A DNA stretch of 64,000 nucleotides from a virus. Its lineage: Duplodnaviria > Caudoviricetes. The position numbers and the translations under genes were made by a program. Positions 8,773 to 17,205 of this stretch are shown piece after piece; positions within the stretch are counted from its first letter, which is position 1, and every line of letters begins with the position of its first letter. The notes under the pieces are model-generated. The model had not been told where the DNA came from. It ran no database searches and saw only the letters and a list, made by a program, of their open reading frames with translations. The stretch spans positions 524 to 64,523 of the IMG/VR virus record IMGVR_UViG_3300047334_000093; one strand, given 5' to 3'.

Positions 8773-9087
8773 ATGGCGGCAATGGCGGTGACATTGATGG
8801 AATGGCGCGCGCTTAACAAAAACAGTTTGCGCGGATTTGCAAAAGTGCGGCTCGGGAAAGCGCTGATCTTAAAAGACGTTGCCGTTCACTACTCAAACGG
8901 CAAAACCTGGGCAATGGCGCCGGCAAAGCCTATTATCAATCCTGACGGAGTTGCAAAAAAAGACGATCGCGGCAAAATTCAATACGTTCCGATTATTGAA
9001 TGGTTTGATCGCGATATGGCGCAGTCGTTTTCGGATGGTGTCGTGGCGGCGGTTTTGGCCGAGTATCCGTCTGCCCTACAGGCATGA
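8773..9087 (+). CDS. SpoVG-like putative single-stranded DNA-binding protein
   Basis: LRGFAKVRL..LILKDVAVH..NGKTWAMAP.KP...GKIQYVPIIEW..R...FSD; lies just before the primase. Confidence 0.6.
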   Translation: MAAMAVTLMEWRALNKNSLRGFAKVRLGKALILKDVAVHYSNGKTWAMAPAKPIINPDGVAKKDDRGKIQYVPIIEWFDRDMAQSFSDGVVAAVLAEYPSALQA

Positions 9088-9088
9088 A

Positions 9089-10093
9089 ATGTCAGAAACC
9101 ATCACGGTGTTGCAATGTGCCGAAGGTATCCGTCTCGCAAAGTACGTTCCGGCTGAGGGCAAGATATCCGATTATGATTGCGCCCGCACCTACGCGGCGG
9201 CTGAGGTCCGCGTTTCCGACCTGACGGCGATTCGCGAGCGCTTGATCAGCCTATCCCGCAAGCCGCGATGCTGTGTCGTACGCGGCGCTCTAATCAACGG
9301 GCCTCGGGTAGAAAAAACGCGGCGCTTGCTGATTCCAGACAGCAAGACCGGCGACGCAGCAACGATTCGGTCTACGCCGCGGCGTTGGCTTGCGCTTGAT
9401 CTTGACGGCGTTCCGCTGTCCGATGGCATCCCGCATCGAGACGTCTCGGCGTGTGCCAGGGAGGCCGTGGGGGCGCTGCCAGAAGCGTTCGGCGATGTCC
9501 GGTGTATCGCGCAGGCGACGGCGTCGCACGGACTCAAACCCGGCGCCAGGCTGCGGTTGTGGTATTGGTTAGACCGCCCTGTGTCTGACGACGAGCTACG
9601 TCGTTGGCTGGCCGCCTATCCGGTCGACCGGGCGGTGTTTGTCCCGTCCCAGCCGATCTACACGGCCGCACCGATTTTTGAGATGCCGGAGCGCGATCCG
9701 GTTCCGAACCGCATTGTTGATATTCCGGGCTCGCCATACGTCATCACACCATCGGCCGTTGCTTTGGCTCCCGCTCCGCGAAATGCACCCAAGCCGATAC
9801 CGCTCAAGACCGATACGCACGCTCAACGCTACGCTTACGCGGCCATGCAGGGAGCTTTGATGCGGATAAGCGGCGCCGGCAAGGACAACCGGCACAAGAC
9901 GTGTTTGCGCGAGGCAATCGGGTTGACGCGGCTCGTAGAGGCCGGATTGGTTTCGCGCACACAAGTGACTGAGTTGCTGGCGGGCGCGATTGCGATGGCG
10001 GGAAAAGACCCAAGTGAGGGCGAGCGCATTGCCGCGTGGGGGCTAGCGCACCCGAGCAACGCACCTTTGCCGGAAAGCATAGCGCGTGGATGA
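9089..10093 (+). CDS. putative primase (AEP/prim-pol-like)
   Basis: LALDLD metal motif, SHGLK..RLRLWYWL, YTAAP; helical C-terminal domain; upstream of helicase. Confidence 0.6.
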   Translation: MSETITVLQCAEGIRLAKYVPAEGKISDYDCARTYAAAEVRVSDLTAIRERLISLSRKPRCCVVRGALINGPRVEKTRRLLIPDSKTGDAATIRSTPRRWLALDLDGVPLSDGIPHRDVSACAREAVGALPEAFGDVRCIAQATASHGLKPGARLRLWYWLDRPVSDDELRRWLAAYPVDRAVFVPSQPIYTAAPIFEMPERDPVPNRIVDIPGSPYVITPSAVALAPAPRNAPKPIPLKTDTHAQRYAYAAMQGALMRISGAGKDNRHKTCLREAIGLTRLVEAGLVSRTQVTELLAGAIAMAGKDPSEGERIAAWGLAHPSNAPLPESIARG

Positions 10094-11888
10094 TGCCGAG
10101 GGTGCCGAAATCGAACGGGGTTTTTCCGTGTCGACCATGCTGTTGGTTGCCAGATTGGCAAAAATGTCTCCAATCGAATATGCGCAATGTAAGGCCGAAT
10201 ATGCAAAAAATGTAGGCGTCAAAGTATCGGACTTAGACAAAGAGGTTCGAGAATATAGAAAACTTCACATTTTAGCTTATAAAAAATCTATTGCCAGCAC
10301 CGTTGATCGTGAAAATGGTAAGCCGGTTATTCGGGTTTTGTCCGGCAACCGACATGGGGCAGCCGATGATGGCCTGCGGGCCTTAGTGTCGGCAAATGTT
10401 GAAATTTATCAGCGCGATAAAACGTTGGTCCGAGCCATCCTGACAAAAGCCAAAGCAGCTAACGGCGATGTCGTTGAAGTGCCGGGTATCGTTCCGGTGA
10501 CGTTACCGATTCTGGCAAGAGAGCTCGGGAAGGCGGCAGAATGGGAACGCCTTACGGCTGAGGGTGATATCGTCAGGATTGATCCTCCCAAGGATGTTGT
10601 GGAGCAAATATTTTCCATGACGGGCGAATGGCCGTTCCGGCCTCTATCTGGTGTAATCGGTACACCGACGTTGCGGCCCGATGGATCAATCCTTGCCACG
10701 CCGGGATACGATGATGCTACCGGGTTGGTGTTGCTGTCTAGCCTGACGTTGCCGCCCATACCAGCCGCTCCAACGAAATTGGAAGCCGCTGCGGCACTCG
10801 CGACCCTGACGGATTTACTAGATGAATTTCCGTTTGAGATAGGCGTTGGCGATAATCAAGACCTTTCAAAATCAGTCGCCGTTTCGATGATCTTGACGAC
10901 GGTCTTGCGCGGCGCCCTTTTGCCTGCGGTCCCGATGCACATCGTAACGGCGCCACAGCCCGGCACAGGGAAGTCGTATCTTTTAGACATTGCAGCCGTT
11001 ATCGCGACTGGCGAACGGTGTCCCGTCATTGCGGTCGCGCCAAAAGAGGAGGAAACGGAAAAACGCCTTGCCGGCGCGGCCCTGAGTGGCCTGTCCATAA
11101 TTGCGCTGGACAACGTAAGCGACACCCTAAAGGGCGATTTTCTCGCCCAGGTTACGGAACGGCCGATTTTACAAATTCGCGCTTTAGGCGGTTCCGCCAT
11201 TACCCGCATCGCCAATACGTTTACGGTTTTTGCCAACGGCAACAACGTATCGGCTACGGCCGACCTGGTTCGGCGCACTTTGCGGTGCGGCCTTGACGCG
11301 GATGTGGAAAACCCAGAGGAACGGGAGTTTACCGAAGACCCGTTGGCCAAGGTTTTGGCCGACAGGGGCAAATACGTTGCCGCCTGCCTGACGATCGCCA
11401 GGGCATTCCTGAGCGATCCTGAGGCCAAGAGGTGCCGGAGGCTGCCAAGCTTCCCGGCTTGGTCCGATCTGGTCCGTAGCGCCCTTGTGTGGCTTACCTG
11501 GCCCGATCCGGTTGCGTCGATGGACATGAGCCGGGCCGAAGACCCTACCCGCCAGGCAAGGGCAGATATGTTTTCCGCCATGCGGGACTGTTTCGGAACA
11601 GGGCTGCCTGGCGCCACCACTGCCGAGATTATCGCAAAGGCGAATGAGACAAACGACATGCTGCCAGGGGTTGCACTAAATGCCGAGCTCAAAGAGGCCG
11701 TCATGGCGATCTCGCGCGACCGGCAAAAAAACCTCATAGACCCCGATCGGCTGGGTAAGTGGCTCCGAAGCTCACTCAATATGCGATCAGGAAACCTTAA
11801 GTTGTTGATAAATCGTCAGAACGTTAAAAAGCCTAGGTGGTATGTCGTGGAATCGTATGGCGCTCAAGGAGGGGGGATGAGGGGATGA
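10086..11888 (+). CDS. primase-associated P-loop helicase
   Basis: Walker A PQPGTGKS, Walker B IALDNV, ANGNN, DLVRR. Confidence 0.8.
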   Translation: MDDAEGAEIERGFSVSTMLLVARLAKMSPIEYAQCKAEYAKNVGVKVSDLDKEVREYRKLHILAYKKSIASTVDRENGKPVIRVLSGNRHGAADDGLRALVSANVEIYQRDKTLVRAILTKAKAANGDVVEVPGIVPVTLPILARELGKAAEWERLTAEGDIVRIDPPKDVVEQIFSMTGEWPFRPLSGVIGTPTLRPDGSILATPGYDDATGLVLLSSLTLPPIPAAPTKLEAAAALATLTDLLDEFPFEIGVGDNQDLSKSVAVSMILTTVLRGALLPAVPMHIVTAPQPGTGKSYLLDIAAVIATGERCPVIAVAPKEEETEKRLAGAALSGLSIIALDNVSDTLKGDFLAQVTERPILQIRALGGSAITRIANTFTVFANGNNVSATADLVRRTLRCGLDADVENPEEREFTEDPLAKVLADRGKYVAACLTIARAFLSDPEAKRCRRLPSFPAWSDLVRSALVWLTWPDPVASMDMSRAEDPTRQARADMFSAMRDCFGTGLPGATTAEIIAKANETNDMLPGVALNAELKEAVMAISRDRQKNLIDPDRLGKWLRSSLNMRSGNLKLLINRQNVKKPRWYVVESYGAQGGGMRG

Positions 11889-12020
11889 GGGGGGATGTTT
11901 CACCCGTCCCCTATACGCGTACCCACATATGCGATTATATTACGTTGTGTAAGATTATTCACATATTGGTTTTCTCCCGCGTAGCTAGTAGAATATCCCC
12001 TTCATCCCCTCATCCCCCCT
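11870..12020. repeat. G-rich/C-rich inverted repeat around an AT-rich core; candidate replication origin
   Basis: AGGGGGGATGAGGGGATGA (11870-11888) is the exact reverse complement of 12002-12020. Confidence 0.7.
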
Positions 12021-12643
12021 TGGAAAGCGCTTCCAACCTTCGGCTGCTATGGGGCAACGGCGAAAAATGGATTTGCCGATTAGGGAGGCGCCCCCATGGG
12101 CTGATCAATCGGTTTTGCTGATGCGAATGAGGCTAACGATCAGTTTTCTTGATTTTGCCGCGCGTGCGGTAGCTACAACGGCGCACTACGCGGTTGTATT
12201 ACGGCAACGCACTACAGAAATGTGCGCGTCTTCATGGCGGGGCGTACGTCGACCGAGCAGGATACCACACGTTTGCACGGCTTAGGAGGCGGCCTGAACG
12301 GCTTTGGGGTTTGCGCGGTATTGGAGTGCTGGAAAATGGAAAAAGCGGCTGTGGAGCGTTCTGAGGCTGATGAAATGGCAAATGCGGTTGCCATCGGTGT
12401 TTGTTTGGGCAAGCGGGGCAGACCCGCGGCTGGTGAAATGCGTCCGCAGACGGTAACCGGCCTCATAGGCCGCTTAGAGGCCGCTGGCCGGATTTTGGGT
12501 TACGCCCCGCGGCCAGACCGGGGAGGATCGCGGCCGCGGGGCTTTTGTCCGGTGGGGTCACGACTTCCACCGGTCGGCCAGCGCCTGTGGAGGCTGCCAT
12601 GCGGGGCGGAGTATATGCGCGGCCGGTGATGCCGCGCAAGCTA

Positions 12644-12949
12644 TTATACCGCGCAATCCATCTGATCTTCCCGCGCTTGCTCGTCGGCGCGCTCTTGCTG
12701 AGCTGCCTCGGCAAACCACGCTCGGATGGTCGCGATTTCCGCTTCGGTCAGCGGCGTGAAATACTTTTTGTCCCGCTCCACGATGTCGATGTCGTGGATC
12801 ACGTGCTCCCACTCGTCGGCACACCCGGGCTCCTCCCACGTAGCGCGATAACCGCGCGCGATGAGTTTTGAGTAAAAATCGACTTGGACCTCAAGGTAGT
12901 CCGCATCGTCGGCCGTGGGGCGGATGAGCTCATATGTGAGATACATCAC
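12644..12949 (-). CDS. acidic hypothetical protein
   Basis: 101-aa ORF coupled to the upstream gene. Confidence 0.65.
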   Translation of the reverse strand: MMYLTYELIRPTADDADYLEVQVDFYSKLIARGYRATWEEPGCADEWEHVIHDIDIVERDKKYFTPLTEAEIATIRAWFAEAAQQERADEQAREDQMDCAV

Positions 12950-13233
12950 ACCTCATCCTGATCGCGGTCAATGACATCGGCCACCCCATCCACGATTTGC
13001 CACGCGCAATCGCCGCCGCGCGCCTCGACCAGCGCCGCAAGCGCGTCAGTGCACGGCGTGGTGCGGAGCGTTGTGGCGCGCATCCACAAGCCAAGCTGCT
13101 CGGTGCTGTCATCGTCGTCGCTCAGCAGGTGGATGTGAGCGGCGCCGAGTTCGCGGTGTGCGTTGATCCGGCTGTCAGTGCCGTTGGCGCCGAGGCCGTA
13201 AATCAGATCGTCGGTGTGGGTGATGTAAGGCAT
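12946..13233 (-). CDS. hypothetical protein
   Basis: GGAG RBS in a conserved leader. Confidence 0.7.
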   Translation of the reverse strand: MPYITHTDDLIYGLGANGTDSRINAHRELGAAHIHLLSDDDDSTEQLGLWMRATTLRTTPCTDALAALVEARGGDCAWQIVDGVADVIDRDQDEV

Positions 13234-13266
13234 TTTCGTGGTCTCCAGTGTTGATGACTACACTTA

Positions 13267-13452
13267 TCAGGCTTTGTTTACGGTTTCCCAATACGGGAGA
13301 TATTCGCCATAAACAAAAAAAATTTCATATGTAACGTTTGTTTTTTCATGAATTTGTAGCAAATCAATGCAAGCTTGTTCAGCTTCCTCGAATGTTTTGA
13401 AACCCTGATCATCAAAGTATGTTACGAACATTTCCGTGTTTTCCGTTGGCAT
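13267..13452 (-). CDS. small acidic hypothetical protein
   Basis: GGGAG RBS in a conserved leader; AT-rich. Confidence 0.65.
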   Translation of the reverse strand: MPTENTEMFVTYFDDQGFKTFEEAEQACIDLLQIHEKTNVTYEIFFVYGEYLPYWETVNKA

Positions 13453-13527
13453 TTGCGTGGTCTCCCGTGTTGAGTTTATGCCGGGGCAAATTGCCCCAGC
13501 TTTGATACTAGCCGCAAAACCCCCCGT

Positions 13528-13659
13528 TTAGTCTTCGACGTCTACCTCGTAAACGTCATCAGCGATAAAAAGGGGCACGACAGAAACAGTCGCGCCGACA
13601 GCCTCGGCCGCAATGATAAAATCGACGGCGTCATCGTGGTCGGCGAAGGTGAGGGTCAT
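13528..13659 (-). CDS. small acidic hypothetical protein
   Basis: Manual ORF MTLTFADHDDAVDFIIAAEAVG...VDVED*, GGAG RBS. Confidence 0.55.
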   Translation of the reverse strand: MTLTFADHDDAVDFIIAAEAVGATVSVVPLFIADDVYEVDVED

Positions 13660-13704
13660 TGGAAGCTCCGTGTCTACCCGGCGGTATTGCTCGGTTGATG
13701 ACGC

Positions 13705-13732
13705 ATCTTACCACATACGCAGGACACGTCAA
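13705..13732 (-). promoter_or_regulatory. sigma70-like promoter
   Basis: TTGACG-N16-TAAGAT with extended -10 TG. Confidence 0.6.
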
Positions 13733-13822
13733 GCGTGTTCGGAAAAGTTTTTTGCTAATTTAGGTGTTGCAATCGGTGTTTGGATGGATTATACATATGG
13801 ATGTCAGCAAACGGGGAAAATC

Positions 13823-14062
13823 ATGACTGTTGATTGGCAGCCAATCGAAACCGCACCAAAAGATCAAAAAATTTATTTGATGTTTTGGCGCGATGGGGCT
13901 TTTGATGTCGGCAGCTATTGCGCAGACAAATATGCCAAAAACCCGAAACCGTATTGGAACTCGTGGAAAATCCAACTCGGAATAACGTGGATGCGTAAAA
14001 ACGTGCCAACCCATTGGGCGCCGTTTCCGCAAGGTCCTAACGTGTCAACGCCCCGGCCATGA
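13823..14062 (+). CDS. DUF551-like phage protein
   Basis: WQPIETAPKD...PTHWAPFPQGP. Confidence 0.8.
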   Translation: MTVDWQPIETAPKDQKIYLMFWRDGAFDVGSYCADKYAKNPKPYWNSWKIQLGITWMRKNVPTHWAPFPQGPNVSTPRP

Positions 14063-14093
14063 ACGGCCGGGTTTCCGCCAAAGGAGAATTTTG
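14044..14093 (-). mobile_element. 50-nt single-hairpin IS200/IS605-derived mini element (PATE-like)
   Basis: GTCAAC + CCCGGCC-ATGAAC-GGCCGGG + TTTCC..GGAG..|ATGAA; same end layout as element 5832-7075; excision restores an ATGA junction. Confidence 0.65.
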
Positions 14094-14543
14094 ATGAACA
14101 GGCCCTCTCCGCGCAAACCGCTGGATTTTGATAGGCAGGTGGCTGCCAAGCTTGTTGAGATTCGCGTCAATGCCGGTGTTTCGCTGCAAAAAATGGCCGC
14201 CGCGTTAGGGCTTTCTTTTCAGCAGATGCAAAAATACGAGAGGGCGGAGACGCGGATTTCGTGCGGGCGCCTGCAGGAGATCGCGCAATTTTTAAACGTT
14301 CCGATCACCGATTTTTTCGCAAACCCGGGCAAGTCAGACGATGCGAGGCTAGAGGAAAAGCGCGCGCTGCTGGAGCTGACGCGCGCGTTCTGGGGGCTCA
14401 AAACTCACACCGCGCGGCTCGCCGTGGTGGCGGTCGTTAAGGCCATGGCGGGCGAAGAAAAAGAGCAGTCGGCGATTGACAAGGGCGCGACGGATAATTT
14501 AATAAATTGCACCACAACAACTGATATAGAGCATCATGACTGA
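14094..14543 (+). CDS. XRE-family HTH regulator (alphaproteobacterial FQQxQKYE type)
   Basis: LGLSFQQMQKYERAETRISCGRLQEIAQFLNVPITDFF. Confidence 0.9.
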   Translation: MNRPSPRKPLDFDRQVAAKLVEIRVNAGVSLQKMAAALGLSFQQMQKYERAETRISCGRLQEIAQFLNVPITDFFANPGKSDDARLEEKRALLELTRAFWGLKTHTARLAVVAVVKAMAGEEKEQSAIDKGATDNLINCTTTTDIEHHD

Positions 14544-14982
14544 TATTGTTGATTTGACGGCGCAGGTCGTTTCTGCATATGTATCGCATAACGCGGTGCC
14601 ACGTGAGGACGTCCCGGCGTTTATCCGAGCCGTTTATGCCGCGTTGTCCCCTGAGGTGCCAAAAGCTGCGCCGCGTGGCGAACCAGCTGTTGATCCAAAA
14701 GAGTCAGTGTTTGACGACGTGATTATCAGCCTGGAGGACGGTAAACCCTACAAAACGCTAAAACGGCATCTCACGGCGCTCGGGATGACGCCAGAGCAGT
14801 ATCGCGCCAAATGGGATTTGCCTCCGGCGTATCCGATGATAGCGCCAAATTACTCAGAAAAGCGCAGCGCCTTGGCCAAAACGGCGGGGCTCGGGAAAAA
14901 GTCAGATGTTGCGCAAACAACCGAACAGGACGGCACCGTAACGACGATTAGGCCGCGTGGGCGGCCGAGGAAGGTGGCGTGA
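14536..14982 (+). CDS. mucR: Ros/MucR family regulator with C-terminal AT-hook-like motif
   Basis: LTAQVVSAYVSHN...SLEDGKPYKTLKRHL...MTPEQYRAKWDLP..YPMIAPNYSEKRS.LAK..GLG; ends RPRGRPRK. Confidence 0.95.
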   Translation: MTDIVDLTAQVVSAYVSHNAVPREDVPAFIRAVYAALSPEVPKAAPRGEPAVDPKESVFDDVIISLEDGKPYKTLKRHLTALGMTPEQYRAKWDLPPAYPMIAPNYSEKRSALAKTAGLGKKSDVAQTTEQDGTVTTIRPRGRPRKVA

Positions 14983-15013
14983 TGGAGCGGCGCGATTGCG
15001 TGAGGCTCGCCGA

Positions 15014-15295
15014 GTGAGCCGTCGCCCGATCGCGTGGACGCCCGAGATGCTCGAAACCCTCCGCGACATGCGCGAGCGCGGATATTCAATGGAGCGGTGC
15101 GCCGAGCGGGTCGGTGTTTACGTTGCGGGAGTAGAACGCAAATGTCGCGAACTAGGTCTTAATGCGCGACGACATCGAGGGAGTTTAAGCGGTGAGCGCA
15201 CCGTCGCGTTCGGGCTGGACAAATTTCCGCCGGGGCGGATGGATTTCTGGGAACGAGAGCGGGTTAAGCGGGCTGCGGGGGATTTGCAAGTATGA
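15014..15295 (+). CDS. GcrA-like HTH protein
   Basis: WTPEMLETLRDMRERGYSMERCAERVGV...KCRELGL. Confidence 0.55.
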   Translation: MSRRPIAWTPEMLETLRDMRERGYSMERCAERVGVYVAGVERKCRELGLNARRHRGSLSGERTVAFGLDKFPPGRMDFWERERVKRAAGDLQV

Positions 15296-15516
15296 CTGCC
15301 GAGCTTACCATCGACCAAATCATCGCGTGGGTAAGAGAAAAAGCGTCCGGCCGCACCAGATACGTCGGCATGGAAACACATTGGGACGAGCGTTTAGTCG
15401 CCGAAATTGACCGGTTGCGCAATTTGCTTGTTGCATCAAACGACGAAGCTATAAATGCGCAGGCTCAGGTAAAGGAACTGAAAAACGAAGTGGAAGGCCA
15501 TGGGCGCGGCAGATGA
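15292..15516 (+). CDS. hypothetical protein
   Basis: ATGA-coupled; short coiled coil. Confidence 0.6.
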   Translation: MTAELTIDQIIAWVREKASGRTRYVGMETHWDERLVAEIDRLRNLLVASNDEAINAQAQVKELKNEVEGHGRGR

Positions 15517-15537
15517 TGATGACGAGCGGCAGTTTTG

Positions 15538-15930
15538 ATGATTCGCATTGTTTTTGCCGCTATGGTGTTGGCACCGATTGTAGCTCATGCAGCGCCGCCA
15601 GCACTGGGTTCTGACGATGACATTGCACTCAGCCCCTATGCCGATTGGATACAGGGCCAGACTGGCCATTACGGCGGCCTGTGTTGCTCGCTAGCAGACT
15701 GCCGGGCGGTAGAGTGGCGGCAACGCAAAGGCCACGTTGAGGCGTTGATCACGCGATCAGACAGCCGCGGGTTTGACAAGTTTCCCGAAGCACCGAACGC
15801 CTGGTTGTCGGTACCGGATGTCGTGATCAAACGCGAGGGCAATCCGACCGGGGTAGCGATTGCCTGCTGGAGCGCATATCGGACGCAAGACGGTGGGTTT
15901 TACTGCTTTTTTCTGCCCGACTTGACGTGA
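15538..15930 (+). CDS. secreted cysteine-rich protein
   Basis: Signal peptide MIRIVFAAMVLAPIVAHA; CCSLADCR...NPTG.AIAC...YCF. Confidence 0.75.
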   Translation: MIRIVFAAMVLAPIVAHAAPPALGSDDDIALSPYADWIQGQTGHYGGLCCSLADCRAVEWRQRKGHVEALITRSDSRGFDKFPEAPNAWLSVPDVVIKREGNPTGVAIACWSAYRTQDGGFYCFFLPDLT

Positions 15931-15957
15931 GACAAAAACTAAGCTAGATGGGAATTT

Positions 15958-16566
15958 ATGCCAAATTCGGAGCCGGACTCGCGCTGCGAGCCTGATGGTG
16001 GAACTTTTCTGCCTTGGTATGTTGTCCAAACAAATCCTGGCAAGGAAATTGCTGTTTGGAAGCGTTTGCTTGATTTTCAGTGCTATGTGCCGATGGAAGT
16101 AAAATGGCGCGTAGTATTGAAGAATGGTCGTCCGGTTTTCGAAAATGGCATTCGTAAAACCGAAGAAGTAAAGAAGCCTTTTTTTCTTCGATATCTTTTC
16201 GTGTCTTTTGATGTTGATGCAAACAATTGGACTAAAATATTTTACACGGAAGATGTTTCGCGTTTGTTTTGCCACTATTGCGGTGATCGCCCCATACCGT
16301 TGCGGTTGCCTATGGGGTATGTTGAAGGATTGCAACGTCGCGGTCGATCTGGCGACGGTTTTATTGACCTTGATGCTGAGCGTCGTGGTCATATGCCTGA
16401 CCCAAATTGGCTTGTTGGGTCGACCGTCACCATCAAGGAAGGTTCGTTTGCTGGGTATGATGCAGTCATTCTGGCAAACGACGTGGATCGAGTGACAATG
16501 CTGTTTAGCTTGTTTGGGCGTGAAACTAAACTTGAAATGGCGCTTTCTGCCGTGGATGTGCGATAA
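15958..16566 (+). CDS. NusG-family (NGN+KOW) antitermination factor
   Basis: WYVVQTNPGKE...PFFLRYLFV; KOW GSTVTIKEGSFAGYDAVI...LFGRET. Confidence 0.85.
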   Translation: MPNSEPDSRCEPDGGTFLPWYVVQTNPGKEIAVWKRLLDFQCYVPMEVKWRVVLKNGRPVFENGIRKTEEVKKPFFLRYLFVSFDVDANNWTKIFYTEDVSRLFCHYCGDRPIPLRLPMGYVEGLQRRGRSGDGFIDLDAERRGHMPDPNWLVGSTVTIKEGSFAGYDAVILANDVDRVTMLFSLFGRETKLEMALSAVDVR

Positions 16567-17042
16567 TGGCCGGCCGGCCGAAGCGTTCAGTGCTTGCTGG
16601 AAAATCGGATAAACCGCAGACCTGTGGAACTCGCAAAGGCCGAGGCGTGGGTTGGGGTGGTTCGGCCAATGGTGGCGGAAATCGCCCTGCAGAGCCAAAC
16701 ACCGCTGAAAAACCAGTAAAAAAGCTCGGCGTAAAACATGATCCTTTTAGCGCCGAATGGCGAGATGCTCAGTTAGCCAACCACTACCTCCGGCTTGCAG
16801 ACTTTGCCGAGGATGAAGAAAACGACAAAATGCTGCGCATGACGGCGGGCGAACGGTTGAGTGATCGCATTGAAGGTAAACCGGTACAAAAGCAAGAAAT
16901 CACCGGCAAGGACGGCGGCGCCATTCAGACCGAAACGGTCAATTGGGCCGCGCTTTCGACTGAAGAACTTCGAGCCGTTGAGCGAGCCTACCGGGCTGCT
17001 ATGTTGATGAAAGACACGGGCGATGCCGCGGAACTGGATTAA
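16566..17042 (+). CDS. putative terminase small subunit
   Basis: Position before terL; DRIEGKPVQKQEITGKDGGAI...LSTEEL tail. Confidence 0.6.
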   Translation: MAGRPKRSVLAGKSDKPQTCGTRKGRGVGWGGSANGGGNRPAEPNTAEKPVKKLGVKHDPFSAEWRDAQLANHYLRLADFAEDEENDKMLRMTAGERLSDRIEGKPVQKQEITGKDGGAIQTETVNWAALSTEELRAVERAYRAAMLMKDTGDAAELD

Positions 17043-17202
17043 ATCGGCTGTCGGCAAAAAGGGTGCGCTACATAAAGAGCTTGGTGTGCCGATGGGTGAC
17101 AAAATCCCAGCAAAGACCTTAGCTAAAGCGGCAAGGTCGAACAACCCAATTGAGGCCAAGCGCGCCAAATTAGCGGAAACGCTTAAAGGTTTTAAGAAGT
17201 AG
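17023..17202 (+). CDS. small basic conserved phage protein
   Basis: Manual ORF MPRNWIKSAVGKKGALHKELGVPMGDKIPAKTLAKAA...KRAKLAETLKGFKK. Confidence 0.75.
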   Translation: MPRNWIKSAVGKKGALHKELGVPMGDKIPAKTLAKAARSNNPIEAKRAKLAETLKGFKK

Positions 17203-17205
17203 TCG

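Noticed and set aside
12049-12629. ORFs 12049-12285 and 12222-12629 after the putative origin
   Set aside because: No recognisable motifs and ambiguous starts; may be real or decayed genes but cannot be supported.
15757-16698. 313-aa minus-strand ORF
   Set aside because: Antisense to the well-supported NusG-family gene.
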